From Nitrosopumilus sp. (GTDB lineage Archaea; Thermoproteota; Nitrososphaeria; Nitrososphaerales; Nitrosopumilaceae), in NCBI GenBank assembly GCA_965197525.1, contig OZ240211.1, positions 256,001 to 320,000 on the forward strand: a DNA stretch of 64,000 nt, in the 5' to 3' direction. The position numbers and the translations under genes are program-made. Shown piece by piece: positions 50,234 through 61,200 of this stretch. Position 1 is the stretch's first letter. Every line of letters starts with the position of its first letter. A model generated the notes under the pieces. That model was not told where the DNA came from and made no database searches. It worked only from the letters and a program-made list of their open reading frames with translations.

Positions 50234-50949
50234 TGGTAAGTATTTCAGGTAGTAAAAAACTCAAACGCCAAATGGCTCCACAATTTTGGGGAATTACAAG
50301 AAAAAATAAGAGGTTTGTAATTACAGTAAAACCAGGTTCACATAAAAAAGCTCATTCCATATCGACTGCAGTGTTTTTGCGGGATATGTTAAAGATAGTT
50401 ACAACACTAAGAGAGGCAAAGACTGCAATCTATTCGGGCAGTGTGAAAGTTGACGGCGTCATACGAAAGTCGTTACATCACTCCATTGGACTAATGGATG
50501 TGATAGAGTTAGAGAACATGCCAGATATTTATCGACTTGTTCCAACAGAAGAGAAGCTCTTAGAACCAATAAAAATTCAAGAGTCAGAGAAGACACAGAA
50601 ACTTGTAAGAGTGGTTAGTAAAACGACAATTAATGGAGGAAAACTACAGATAGGATTTCACGATGGCCGCTCAATAATATCAGACAGTGCAGTCAGCGTA
50701 GGAGATACATGTCTAATCAAAGTACCGGATCAAAAAATTCTTAAAATTCTAAAACTGGAGACAGGCTCGCAAGGCCTAGTAACACGGGGAAATAACACAG
50801 GTCAAATTGGCAAGATAGAGACTATTGAAGAGGGAACATTCATCCTTCCAAAACGCGTCATCTTGGCATTAAAGGACAGAAAGATAGAGATTCCTGCAGA
50901 CATCATAATGCCAATTGGAAAGGAAGAGCCAATAATTCAATTAAAGTGA
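50233..50949 (+). CDS. rps4e: 30S ribosomal protein S4e
   Basis: LKRQMAP, VKVDGVIR, IGFHDGR. Confidence 0.96.
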   Translation: MVSISGSKKLKRQMAPQFWGITRKNKRFVITVKPGSHKKAHSISTAVFLRDMLKIVTTLREAKTAIYSGSVKVDGVIRKSLHHSIGLMDVIELENMPDIYRLVPTEEKLLEPIKIQESEKTQKLVRVVSKTTINGGKLQIGFHDGRSIISDSAVSVGDTCLIKVPDQKILKILKLETGSQGLVTRGNNTGQIGKIETIEEGTFILPKRVILALKDRKIEIPADIIMPIGKEEPIIQLK

Positions 50950-50956
50950 TAGCATA

Positions 50957-51478
50957 ATGTCTCAGATAACAGAATCATCAATGAAAAAGATCTCCCTTGA
51001 AAAGATTGTTCTCAATATGGGAGTAGGAAGATCAGGCGATGCAATAGTCGTTGCCAAAAAAGCACTAGATCAAATATCGGGAAGAAAATCTTCTGCACGT
51101 AATGCAAAAGACCCACAAAGAGACTGGGGAGTCAGAAAAGGCGAACCAATCGGTGTTGCCGTTACAGTTAGAGGTGACGAGGCTGTGCAGCTGCTAAAAA
51201 GACTGTTAGAGGCAAAGGGAAATACGGTTAACGGTAAATCATTTGATAATTTTGGGAATTATTCGTTTGGGATTCGTGAACATATAGATATTCCAGGCGT
51301 CAAATACGACCCACAGATAGGAATACTTGGTTTGGGAATATCAGTTACATTAACAAGACCAGGATACGGAGTCAGAACCAGAAGCAAGCACAAGGCCAGA
51401 GTAGGAAAGGCCCATATCATTAACAGCCAAGAGGCAAAAGATTATCTAACTAAAGAATTTGGAGTCACTGTAGCATAA
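50957..51478 (+). CDS. rpl5: 50S ribosomal protein L5
   Basis: KIVLNMGVG, FDNFGNYSFGI.EHIDIPG. Confidence 0.97.
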   Translation: MSQITESSMKKISLEKIVLNMGVGRSGDAIVVAKKALDQISGRKSSARNAKDPQRDWGVRKGEPIGVAVTVRGDEAVQLLKRLLEAKGNTVNGKSFDNFGNYSFGIREHIDIPGVKYDPQIGILGLGISVTLTRPGYGVRTRSKHKARVGKAHIINSQEAKDYLTKEFGVTVA

Positions 51479-51657
51479 TGGTTAAAGATAGATCGTACGA
51501 GGCCACAGGACGAAAGAAACATGACTTTGGCAGAGGGTCACGTTGGTGTAAACGATGTGGGGATTATACGGCAGTTATTCAAAAATATGATTTAATGATA
51601 TGTAGACGATGCTTTAGAGAAGTAGCAACATCTTTAGGGTTCAGGAAAAACAAGTGA
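51478..51657 (+). CDS. rps14: 30S ribosomal protein S14 (59 aa, not in ORF track)
   Basis: MVKDRSYEATGRKKHDFGRGSRWCKRCG...ICRRCFREVATSLGFRKNK, Zn-binding S14. Confidence 0.96.
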   Translation: MVKDRSYEATGRKKHDFGRGSRWCKRCGDYTAVIQKYDLMICRRCFREVATSLGFRKNK

Positions 51658-51663
51658 GATATA

Positions 51664-52056
51664 ATGCCTGCAACAAACATTTTAGCAAATCTATTTGTCA
51701 CACTGTACAACAACGAAACTAGAAGAAAGAGCGACTGTGTAATTCTTCCAACCTCAAAGCTGGGAGTTGAGGTTTTAAAGACACTGCAAAAAGAGGGATA
51801 CATAGGAGAATTCGAACATATAGACGATAAAAGAGGTGGAAAATTCAAGATAAACCTACTTGCAAAGATAACAAAATGCGGATCCATATCACCAAGATTC
51901 AAAGTAAAGAATAATGAATACAACAATTGGGAACAACAGTACCTGCCAGCATATGATAGAGGGATGCTGCTAGTCACCACAAATCAAGGTGTAATGTCAC
52001 ATCACGAAGCAACGCAGAAAGGAATTGGAGGATTTTTGATAGGGTATGTCTACTAG
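51664..52056 (+). CDS. rps8: 30S ribosomal protein S8
   Basis: EGYIGEFE, CGSISPRF, TTNQGVMSH. Confidence 0.97.
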   Translation: MPATNILANLFVTLYNNETRRKSDCVILPTSKLGVEVLKTLQKEGYIGEFEHIDDKRGGKFKINLLAKITKCGSISPRFKVKNNEYNNWEQQYLPAYDRGMLLVTTNQGVMSHHEATQKGIGGFLIGYVY

Positions 52057-52627
52057 TACCGTCGTTAACCAAACACAAAAATTTGATGATGAGGTTGTTG
52101 TCATCCCAAATGACGTTACCGTTACATTAAACAAACGAATGGTATCCTTTGTCGGACCTCTAGGTAAAACCTTCAAGAGCTTTCGTAATATTCCTGTGGA
52201 TATATCTATTGTAGATGACAAGATTATACTAAAAGCAACAGGTACAAAGAAGAGAAACTATGCAATTTTACATACTGCAAGATCAATTATTAGAAATATT
52301 TGCGAAGGCCTAGTTACAGGATATACAGTAAAGATGAAGGTTGTTTATGCACATTTTCCAATTACAGTTAAAGTGAATGGAAAAATAATCTCCATTGAGA
52401 ATTTTCAAGGCGAACGCGCACCTAGAACCACACGTATAGTTGGAAATACCAAGGTAACACCAAAAGGTGAAGATATTATATTAACTGGAGAGGTTTGGAC
52501 AGATATCACACAGACTGCCGCAAATATTGAACTTAGAACCAAGGTAAAAAACAAGGACCATAGAGTATTTTTAGATGGTATCTATGTATTTGAAAAGAAG
52601 AAAGGAATAGATAGTAAAAAGACATAA
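52046..52627 (+). CDS. rpl6: 50S ribosomal protein L6
   Basis: VYAHFPI, IENFQGER, RVFLDGIY. Confidence 0.97.
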   Translation: MSTSTVVNQTQKFDDEVVVIPNDVTVTLNKRMVSFVGPLGKTFKSFRNIPVDISIVDDKIILKATGTKKRNYAILHTARSIIRNICEGLVTGYTVKMKVVYAHFPITVKVNGKIISIENFQGERAPRTTRIVGNTKVTPKGEDIILTGEVWTDITQTAANIELRTKVKNKDHRVFLDGIYVFEKKKGIDSKKT

Positions 52628-52638
52628 CATCATTTACT

Positions 52639-52926
52639 TTGACTCTAGACCCCGATTTCTCAAAACAGACAGACGAACTAATAGTACAAACCTTGGAGTT
52701 GTATAAAAAATCTGAGGCGTCCCCCAGAGTTGATCAGGTGTGGGCTTGTGAAAGCTTGGGTGATTTTTTGTGCGGGTTTTTTGTCGGAGAGATGGTAGGA
52801 TCTGCGCTAGGAGCATTCCAAGTAATACACAAAAGAGAACCAACTCCAGAAGAGCATATGGATATTGTAAAACTCGTTGAGAGGCATTCAAAAGACATCA
52901 AAGAGTTTTTTGCTAAATTTAATTAA
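52639..52926 (+). CDS. hypothetical protein
   Basis: 95-aa natural-looking ORF (DFLCGFFVGEMVGSAL) directly after rpl6. Confidence 0.8.
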   Translation: MTLDPDFSKQTDELIVQTLELYKKSEASPRVDQVWACESLGDFLCGFFVGEMVGSALGAFQVIHKREPTPEEHMDIVKLVERHSKDIKEFFAKFN

Positions 52927-52989
52927 TTGCCACATTATTGGAAACAAAAAAAGAGGACGTGATAAAATTATCCGTACTAAAACACTGGC

Positions 52990-53406
52990 ATGCCTATTAA
53001 ACACATTGATCTTATACTTTGTATAGATATGATACAGTATATCTGGCTTGTAGGCATGTTTGGAATACTTTTTAGTACTGGAAGGTTGCTGACGGTGATG
53101 AATGCCTTTAAGATAGGGTCAAAAATCGTGGTTGGAATAGATGTATAGATTTCATGAGTCCTAGGAATAACAGCATTTACAGGCCACATCATCTTTGGCA
53201 ATGTAAATTTTTTACTCTTGTTTATTTTGGCAGGTCCTGGAATGACTGGGGGATTTATTGGTTCAAAATTTACAAACCGTCTAAGTCAAAAAAAGTTAAA
53301 GATCATACTTGTTACGTTACTTGTAATTACAATCGGATACCTGCTCGTTATGCTTGCTAATATATTGCTGCGACCATCTGTAATTACTTGTAGTACATGT
53401 TTCTAA
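52990..53406 (+). pseudogene. sulfite exporter TauE/SafE (TSUP)-like remnant
   Basis: One hydrophobic frame with stops at 53146 and 53155: ...VVGIDV*IS*VLGITAFTGHIIFGNVNF...GPGMTGGFIGSKFTNRLSQKKLK. Confidence 0.65.
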
Positions 53407-54009
53407 CTACTATTATTCCCAGTATTGATTTTGTGATTAGATGACGCTATCAAAATTTTAAGCCGAAAATTACTTGATGTATTCGAAAGATGTACTTTAT
53501 CTTTCTTAGAAACAACAAAACCAATGTTAGTTGGCTGTAATTAACAGAAAAATAATCTTATGATTTCTGTTAACGATAAGACAGTGTTTATTTCATTAAT
53601 ACTACAACTTTTCAGCAAAAGATGATTTTCATCTACATTCGTAAATAATTGCACTATATTCCAGATTCTATTTCTGCCTAGTTACCGTATGTATTTGTAC
53701 TGTAATTCACACACTGTAATTGGTTCACTGAGCGGTACAGATCTTAAGAGGTAGACGATCTTAGGATATCTGTTTCTGACATTGATATTTTGACATCAGA
53801 TTTTTTGATTTATTCAATCTAGATATAGTTAGTAGAAACTTCCATATGTAATTAAGCGTTTTGTGTTTTTATGATTAATAATGTACTATGGGTACTGTTT
53901 TCTTTGAAAATGAGTTTCAAACTACGGTTATAACGACAGTTCAATCATTTTTTGGTTTAGAGCAGCATTCGCAAAGATTAAATCACTTTCGTCAACAAAC
54001 AAATTTGTT

Positions 54010-54086
54010 GCCGCCCTAGCTCAGCGTGGTAGAGCATCCGACTGTTAATCGGACGGTCGTCAGTTCAAGTCTGATGGGCGGCGCCA
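54010..54086 (+). tRNA. tRNA-Asn (GTT), intron-less, CCA encoded
   Basis: Acceptor GCCGCCC/GGGCGGC, D arm AGCTCAGCGTGGTAGAGC, anticodon loop CTGTTAA, T loop GTTCAAG, 3' GCCA. Confidence 0.97.
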
Positions 54087-54377
54087 TTTTAAACTCTGAG
54101 AAGTTTGCAATATATCGAATTATTACTTAAATATTGTAAGAGAGTACGAAGTTAACGTAGGATAGATTTGGACCAATTTTTGAAAATATCTTGCCAGATC
54201 TATCAATAAAGTTTGATTGATCCAAATTTAATGCATTATCAATTTACTTGTATATGCTAATTAGCATGGTAGAAGGTTAGGTTAAGCACGAGTTATTGGA
54301 TTTACAGGTAGGGAACCTAACGCTTTACTCGGCCTAAATCAATATGTTTATAACCATTAAAATATTGACGTTATACA

Positions 54378-57278
54378 ATGTTGGGAATCACTGCTGGGTT
54401 TTCTGTAATATTACTTCTATTATCACTGTCTTTGGCATATACTGATAGTACTTTGACAGCATTTGCACAAGAGAACGAGTCCAACATACCAGACATAGTT
54501 CAAGTAGGAGTAATGCTCCCATCAACAGGTGATCTAGCAGCACACGGCCAAGACAATGGTGTCGGTGTTGAATTAGGCTTAACTGATTTTAATAAATATC
54601 TAGAAGAGATTGGTGCACATTGGCGCATGGAACTGATCAAGGAAGACACTCAATCAGATCCAATTGTAGCATTAGAAAAGATTCAATCTCTAAATTCCAA
54701 AGGTATCAAATTTGTGCTAGGTCCTGAATCAAGTGCAGAGGTACGTAACATTAAATCTTATGCAGACTCTAATGACATGGTATTAATCAGTCCAACATCT
54801 ACATCACCTGCTTTGGCAATTGATGACAACATATTCCGTATGATACCTGATGATACCCAACAGGGTAAGGTATTGGCACAATTGTTTGAGGAACAAAATA
54901 TCAAAGTAGTTGTCCCAATGTATCGTGGAGATGTTTGGGGTGATGGTTTGTTTGAATCAACAAAGATGAACTTTGAAGGATTAGGAGGAGTGATGGATGA
55001 CGGTCTGCGCTACTCTCCAGATGTAACTGTATACTCTACTGAAGCTAACTTGCTATCAGGTCTTGTTGCAGATTATGTTGCAGAGTATTCCACAGATGAA
55101 GTGGCAGTACTACTAATCGGATTCTCAGAAGCGGTACACATATTGAACTTTGCAGACTCTTATGATAACTTACATGAAGTAAGATGGTTTGGCTCGGATG
55201 GTTCATCAAATGACAGTACATTGTCAGATGATCCAATAGCTGCAGCATTTACAGAAAATGTCAACTTTGTAAGTACGCAATTTGCAACATCTACAAATGA
55301 AACCTATGAACATGTAAAGAATCACTTTATTGACTTCAAGGGTTCAACTCCAAACGCTTATGCTTATTCATCATATGACAGTGTTGCAGTTTTAGGTAAG
55401 ACAATACTAGAAACAGGCTCTGTTGATCCACTAACAGTCAGAGACTCTATAATCGAGGTTGCAGCAACACATACCGGTGCAATCGGTACTGTAAACCTGA
55501 ATGAAGCAGGTGACTTGGCAATATCAGACTATGATCTCTGGGGTATCCAGGATGGCACATGGTATCTATACGGTCATTACAATGCAGGTACCAGCATATT
55601 TGACTATACTGCTGATAAGATGATGATGGATGATGATAAAATGATGATGGCAGAATCCAACATACCAGACATAGTTCAAGTAGGAGTAATGCTCCCATCA
55701 ACAGGTGATCTAGCAGCACACGGCCAAGACAATGGTGTCGGTGTTGAATTAGGCTTAACTGATTTTAATAAATATCTAGAAGAGATTGGTGCACATTGGC
55801 GCATGGAACTGATCAAGGAAGACACTCAATCAGATCCAATTGTAGCATTAGAAAAGATTCAATCTCTAAATTCCAAAGGTATCAAATTTGTGCTAGGTCC
55901 TGAATCAAGTGCAGAGGTACGTAACATTAAATCTTATGCAGACTCTAATGACATGGTATTAATCAGTCCAACATCTACATCACCTGCTTTGGCAATTGAT
56001 GACAACATATTCCGTATGATACCTGATGATACCCAACAGGGTAAGGTATTGGCACAATTGTTTGAGGAACAAAATATCAAAGTAGTTGTCCCAATGTATC
56101 GTGGAGATGTTTGGGGTGATGGTTTGTTTGAATCAACAAAGATGAACTTTGAAGGATTAGGAGGAGTGATGGATGACGGTCTGCGCTACTCTCCAGATGT
56201 AACTGTATACTCTACTGAAGCTAACTTGCTATCAGGTCTTGTTGCAGATTATGTTGCAGAGTATTCCACAGATGAAGTGGCAGTACTACTAATCGGATTC
56301 TCAGAAGCGGTACACATATTGAACTTTGCAGACTCTTATGATAACTTACATGAAGTAAGATGGTTTGGCTCGGATGGTTCATCAAATGACAGTACATTGT
56401 CAGATGATCCAATAGCTGCAGCATTTACAGAAAATGTCAACTTTGTAAGTACGCAATTTGCAACATCTACAAATGAAACCTATGAACATGTAAAGAATCA
56501 CTTTATTGACTTCAAGGGTTCAACTCCAAACGCTTATGCTTATTCATCATATGACAGTGTTGCAGTTTTAGGTAAGACAATACTAGAAACAGGCTCTGTT
56601 GATCCACTAACAGTCAGAGACTCTATAATCGAGGTTGCAGCAACACATACCGGTGCAATCGGTACTGTAAACCTGAATGAAGCAGGTGACTTGGCAATAT
56701 CAGACTATGATCTCTGGGGTATCCAGGATGGCACATGGTATCTATACGGTCATTACAATGCAGGTACCAGCATATTTGACTATACTGCTGATAAGATGAT
56801 GATGGATGACAAGACTGCAATGGTAGATGATGATGATGATAAAGTTGACGAAAAAGGTGGCGGTTGTTTGATTGCAACTGCAGCATATGGTTCAGAGTTA
56901 GCACCACAAGTACAATTACTCCGAGAGATACGTGGCGATACTCTTATGAGTAGCGATGTCGGCTCATCATTTATGACCGGCTTTAACCAATTCTACTACA
57001 CATTCTCACCAACAGTAGCAGATCTCCAACGAAACAATGTCATCTTTGGTGATGCAGTCAGAACTGTCATTACACCTGGAATTTATACGCTTGGTGCAGT
57101 AATGGGTCTTGCTGACTCTAATGAAGAATCAGTTCTTGCCTACGGTATTTTATCCATTGTTACATTACTTGGAATATACATCATAGGTCCAATACTTGCA
57201 GTATTCGGTATTAGAATACTAGTTAGGAAAATGCAATCCAAATATCAGAGTGGCAAAGCATACCAGATAAAAAATTAA
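54378..57278 (+). CDS. ABC-type branched-chain amino acid-binding (type I PBP) surface protein, internally duplicated, with CFI-box-CTERM anchor
   Basis: Signal peptide; two copies of a LivJ-like domain (VGVMLPSTG, EDTQSDP, GPESS, FRMIPDD, YSSYD); GGGCLIATAAYGSELAPQVQLLREIR plus C-terminal TM. Confidence 0.92.
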   Translation: MLGITAGFSVILLLLSLSLAYTDSTLTAFAQENESNIPDIVQVGVMLPSTGDLAAHGQDNGVGVELGLTDFNKYLEEIGAHWRMELIKEDTQSDPIVALEKIQSLNSKGIKFVLGPESSAEVRNIKSYADSNDMVLISPTSTSPALAIDDNIFRMIPDDTQQGKVLAQLFEEQNIKVVVPMYRGDVWGDGLFESTKMNFEGLGGVMDDGLRYSPDVTVYSTEANLLSGLVADYVAEYSTDEVAVLLIGFSEAVHILNFADSYDNLHEVRWFGSDGSSNDSTLSDDPIAAAFTENVNFVSTQFATSTNETYEHVKNHFIDFKGSTPNAYAYSSYDSVAVLGKTILETGSVDPLTVRDSIIEVAATHTGAIGTVNLNEAGDLAISDYDLWGIQDGTWYLYGHYNAGTSIFDYTADKMMMDDDKMMMAESNIPDIVQVGVMLPSTGDLAAHGQDNGVGVELGLTDFNKYLEEIGAHWRMELIKEDTQSDPIVALEKIQSLNSKGIKFVLGPESSAEVRNIKSYADSNDMVLISPTSTSPALAIDDNIFRMIPDDTQQGKVLAQLFEEQNIKVVVPMYRGDVWGDGLFESTKMNFEGLGGVMDDGLRYSPDVTVYSTEANLLSGLVADYVAEYSTDEVAVLLIGFSEAVHILNFADSYDNLHEVRWFGSDGSSNDSTLSDDPIAAAFTENVNFVSTQFATSTNETYEHVKNHFIDFKGSTPNAYAYSSYDSVAVLGKTILETGSVDPLTVRDSIIEVAATHTGAIGTVNLNEAGDLAISDYDLWGIQDGTWYLYGHYNAGTSIFDYTADKMMMDDKTAMVDDDDDKVDEKGGGCLIATAAYGSELAPQVQLLREIRGDTLMSSDVGSSFMTGFNQFYYTFSPTVADLQRNNVIFGDAVRTVITPGIYTLGAVMGLADSNEESVLAYGILSIVTLLGIYIIGPILAVFGIRILVRKMQSKYQSGKAYQIKN
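54480..56809. repeat. two apparently identical 1154-bp copies (period 1176 bp)
   Basis: 54480-55633 and 55656-56809; shadow ORFs recur exactly 1176 bp apart (55045 and 56221); no difference seen by eye. Confidence 0.92.
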
Positions 57279-57414
57279 TCTCAGTACCACAAACAACACA
57301 CTCATGGAGAACTGCTACGCAACCAAAGAGTAGAAAACAACGTTGATTCAATAAAGACAGAATTCTCCACATATCCCAAAAATGCACATATGTACTAGAA
57401 TTCTCTTCAGTCTG

Positions 57415-57426
57415 CCCCCCCCCCCA
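57415..57426. repeat. C12 homopolymer, intergenic
   Basis: tctg-cccccccccccc-atcagg, just before the IS5 remnant. Confidence 0.95.
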
Positions 57427-57464
57427 TCAGGTAGAATGCGCGAAGCCCATGTCCATGTAGGGGT

Positions 57465-58191
57465 CAGCCTATCACATAGATGCTAGGAGGAGGATAGTTA
57501 CAAGATAAAGAGCAAATCAGGTTTCATAAAACTCAGTGTCATGGTACAACAGGACACCATGCAGATGCTTGGATTCACGGTAACTGACGAAAAGATTGGC
57601 GATTCCCCGCAGTTCGAGCCCCTGATAATACAGGCACTGAAGAATAATGGAATAGATCCAGATGTGCGACGTGCAACAGTCATGGCTGCAGGTACCGAGC
57701 CACTGCCGGATCATGTTAAAATTAAGATCAAGGCAGATGCAGGATACGACAGCAGGGAGAATTTTCAGATATGCAGAGTACGGCATTACACTCATCATTA
57801 AGATAAAACACAATGCAGAATACAAGGCAAGAGGATAAACATGGAATGCAACATTGCAGTGATTGACCAGCTGGGTGGCGACACTACAAGCCTTGCCAAA
57901 TTCCATGAGATGGACGTCAGGGAACGTACGGAAAACCAGAACGAGTGGAAAAACGTGCAGAATACGGTTCCCGATGGCAGGTGGAGATATTCTTCTCTGC
58001 GTTCAAGAGGATATTTGGAAGTTCGGTAAGGGCAAAAACAATGGATAACATTATTCAAGAGATAGCGTTGAAGATCCAACGCTACAACCAGTTCGTAGAC
58101 ATAACTCAGAAGGTGATCTCAATGGTATGATGAAAGTATGGACTAGATGCTATACAATCGAGTCATAACGGTGGCAGGTTATGAAACAAGC
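57465..58191 (+). mobile_element. 5'-truncated, frameshifted IS5-family transposase remnant
   Basis: Fragments GFIKLSVMVQQDTMQMLGFTVT, KADAGYDSRENF and YGSRWQVEIFFSAFKRIFG (YREK motif). Probable right TIR TTATGAAACAAGC at 58179-58191; left TIR not found. Confidence 0.85.
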
Positions 58192-58292
58192 TAGTTTTTA
58201 GATAATCTTTATATTTTGTCCGATTTGACAGATTAATAATGTTGAGTTGCATTGCAAGCCTTACACGGTCGAATAGATTGGAAGGCAGCATA

Positions 58293-61200
58293 ATGAAGTG
58301 GCTTGTTGTGGTAACACTTGCGTCGACATTGCTAGGTTTATACGGATACGCTTTTGCGTCATCTGTAATCATCACATCGCCCATCGCATTTGTAACGGAC
58401 GGGGTCGACGGGTTTGAGGAACTTGAGGGTCCAAAAGGCATTACAACAGTCACAATCGGATCCTCAACGTACGCACTTGCCGCGTCGTATAAAGATGACG
58501 GTGTCCAGATAATAGATATTACAGATCCGTACCACCCAAGTCCCGTTGCAGCCGTAACTGACGGGGTCGACGGGTTTGAGGAACTTGAGGGAGCACGTGA
58601 TATCACCACAGCTACGATCGGATCCTCAACGTACGCGATCGTCACATCCTCAGTTGACCACGGCATCCAGATAATAAATATTACAAATCCCTCAGATCCG
58701 GCTCCGGCATCACACATCAGCAGCATCACAGGTACATATTTCAAAGATCCTCGCGAAGTCGCCACAGTCTTAATTGGTTCATCAACATACGCCCTTATCG
58801 CAGCGCACGGAAGCGGCGTACACATAATGAATATCACCGATCCCTATGACCCAAACCATGTTGCGTCCCTGTATGATGGAAGCAAAGGATTCGAAGCTCT
58901 TGGCAATCCGCGCGGCATTACCACAACCACTATCGAATCCTCGACGTACGCCGTTGTTGCAGCGTTTGAGGGAGCAGTGCAGATCATAAACATCACTGAC
59001 CCGTCAAAACCGACTCCGGTAGGAGCAGTACACAATAGTCCCGACACCCGGCTTGGAGGTGCAACTGCTGTAACTGTTATAACGTCCAGCTCCTCAATGT
59101 ACGCCCTTGTTGCCGCGCAGACAGATAATGCCGTCCAGATAATAGACATCACGGATCTCTCCAACCCCGACCCTGTCACGTTCGTGCAGCATGGAGTTGC
59201 AGGATTTGATGCTCTTCGATACCTTGAAACTATTACCACCATCACGTTTGACTCCTCAACATATGCCCTTGTCACATCATTCATAGACGGCATCCAAATA
59301 GTAGATGTTACGGATCCCTCTAGTCCACCCCCCCCCCCTGCTGCGTTTGTGAGCAAATATGATGACAGATTTGAAGGCTTTCCATTTCCAGAAGATACAA
59401 CAGTCATCAAAATAGATTCTAGGACGTATGCCATTGTCGTATCCAATGTGGGTAATGGCGTCCAGATAATCGACATCGATCTCACCTCCGGTCCGGTGTT
59501 GGCATCTGCCACCCTGAACGAGGAAGCGGGCATGTTAGAGATCACGTTCTCAGATACAGTCGATGTCACCCCTGCAGGTATGGTTGACCTGTCAGGATTG
59601 ACCATCCGCGACGCTGGGCAGTCTGTTTCGCTGGCAGGAGCCATACTGAATACGGAGGTTGACTCGGCTGCGATCTCCATTGAGCTAACTGAGATGCAGG
59701 GCCGTTTAGTTGCAACCATGGCATCTCCACGGTTGGATATATCTGACTCTGCAGTGATTGACACCTCAGGCAATCTGATCGAGTTGTCGCGAGGCAACAT
59801 CATCACCGTAAATGACAGTGTTGCACCTGAGATCGTGTCTGCGATCATAGACGGTAATACAAGCATCCTAGAGATCACATTTTCAGACAGGATTGATGCC
59901 ACTCCGGCTTTCAGGATCCATGTTGCAGGCATGACCGTCCGCGATTCTGGGCAGTCTGTTTCGCTGGCAGGGGCCACACCAAGAACAGAGGTTGACTCTG
60001 CTGTGATCTCCATTGAGATGACCGAAGACCAGCGTCAGTCAATTGCCGTGCTAGCATCCCCGTTGTTGGATGCCAGTTACTTTAGCATAGTAGATACTGA
60101 CGGCAACCCAATTGAGGCATCGTCAGGCAACACCATTACCGTAAAAAACGTAAACCAAGTTCCCACAGTCACATCAATAGAGAGGAGCGATCCGGTAGAA
60201 GAGGTTACCTCCGAGCAAACCCTGGTCTACGAGGTGACCTTTAGCGAATCAGTAACCGAAGTGGACAAGACTGACTTTGCCTTGTCTTCTGATAGCACGG
60301 GTGGAGTCAGTTCTGCCCAGTTCACACAGACACGTTCTCCTGACATTGACATAACTGCAGCCAACACCATAACGGATACCATCACAGTCCCAGACTCTGG
60401 TACTGTTACGTCAGTCTCAGTCGCTATAGATGTCTCCCATACGTACATAAGCGACTTGAAGATAGATCTTGTTGCACCTGATGGTACAACCAAGACCATC
60501 CACAACCGCTCCGGAGGCAGCACCGATGACATAGACCAGACATACACACCAAACTTTGCAGGCGTTTCAATTGCAGGTACCTGGACGCTACAGATAAACG
60601 ACGACTATGCAGCTGCCGATGACGGTACCCTGAACAGCTGGACGCTTACGATCAATCCTAGTAGTAGTAGTAGTGATACCTCAAACCCTGTAACATCGAT
60701 CTCAGGTTCTGGCAATACGTATTACGTGACAGTCTCTGCCACACAGGACGGCACATACAACCTTGATCTGGTATCGTCAGGGCACGAGATTGTTGACACG
60801 GCAAACAATCATCTTACAAACACTACACCTACTTATGCTGACCACACCTACACGGTCAGCACCGTACCTGCTGACACCACTGCGCCAACACTATCATCAA
60901 TTGAGAGATACAATCCTGTTACTGCAACTACCGACAGCCAGACGCTAATCTACGAGGTGACCTTTAGCGAATCAGTAACCGAAGTGGACAAGACTGACTT
61001 TGCCTTGTCTTCTGATAGCACGGGTGGAGTCAGTTCTGCCCAGTTCACACAGACACGTTCTCCTGACATTGACATAACTGCAGCCAACACCATAACGGAT
61101 ACCATCACAGTCCCAGACTCTGGTACTGTTACGTCAGTCTCAGTCGCTATAGATGTCTCCCATACGTACATAAGCGACTTGAAGATAGATCTTGTTGCAC

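Noticed and set aside
57300-57410. Possible further transposase fragment (NQRVENNVDSIKTEF) before the C12 tract
   Set aside because: Too short and ambiguous to assign without a search.
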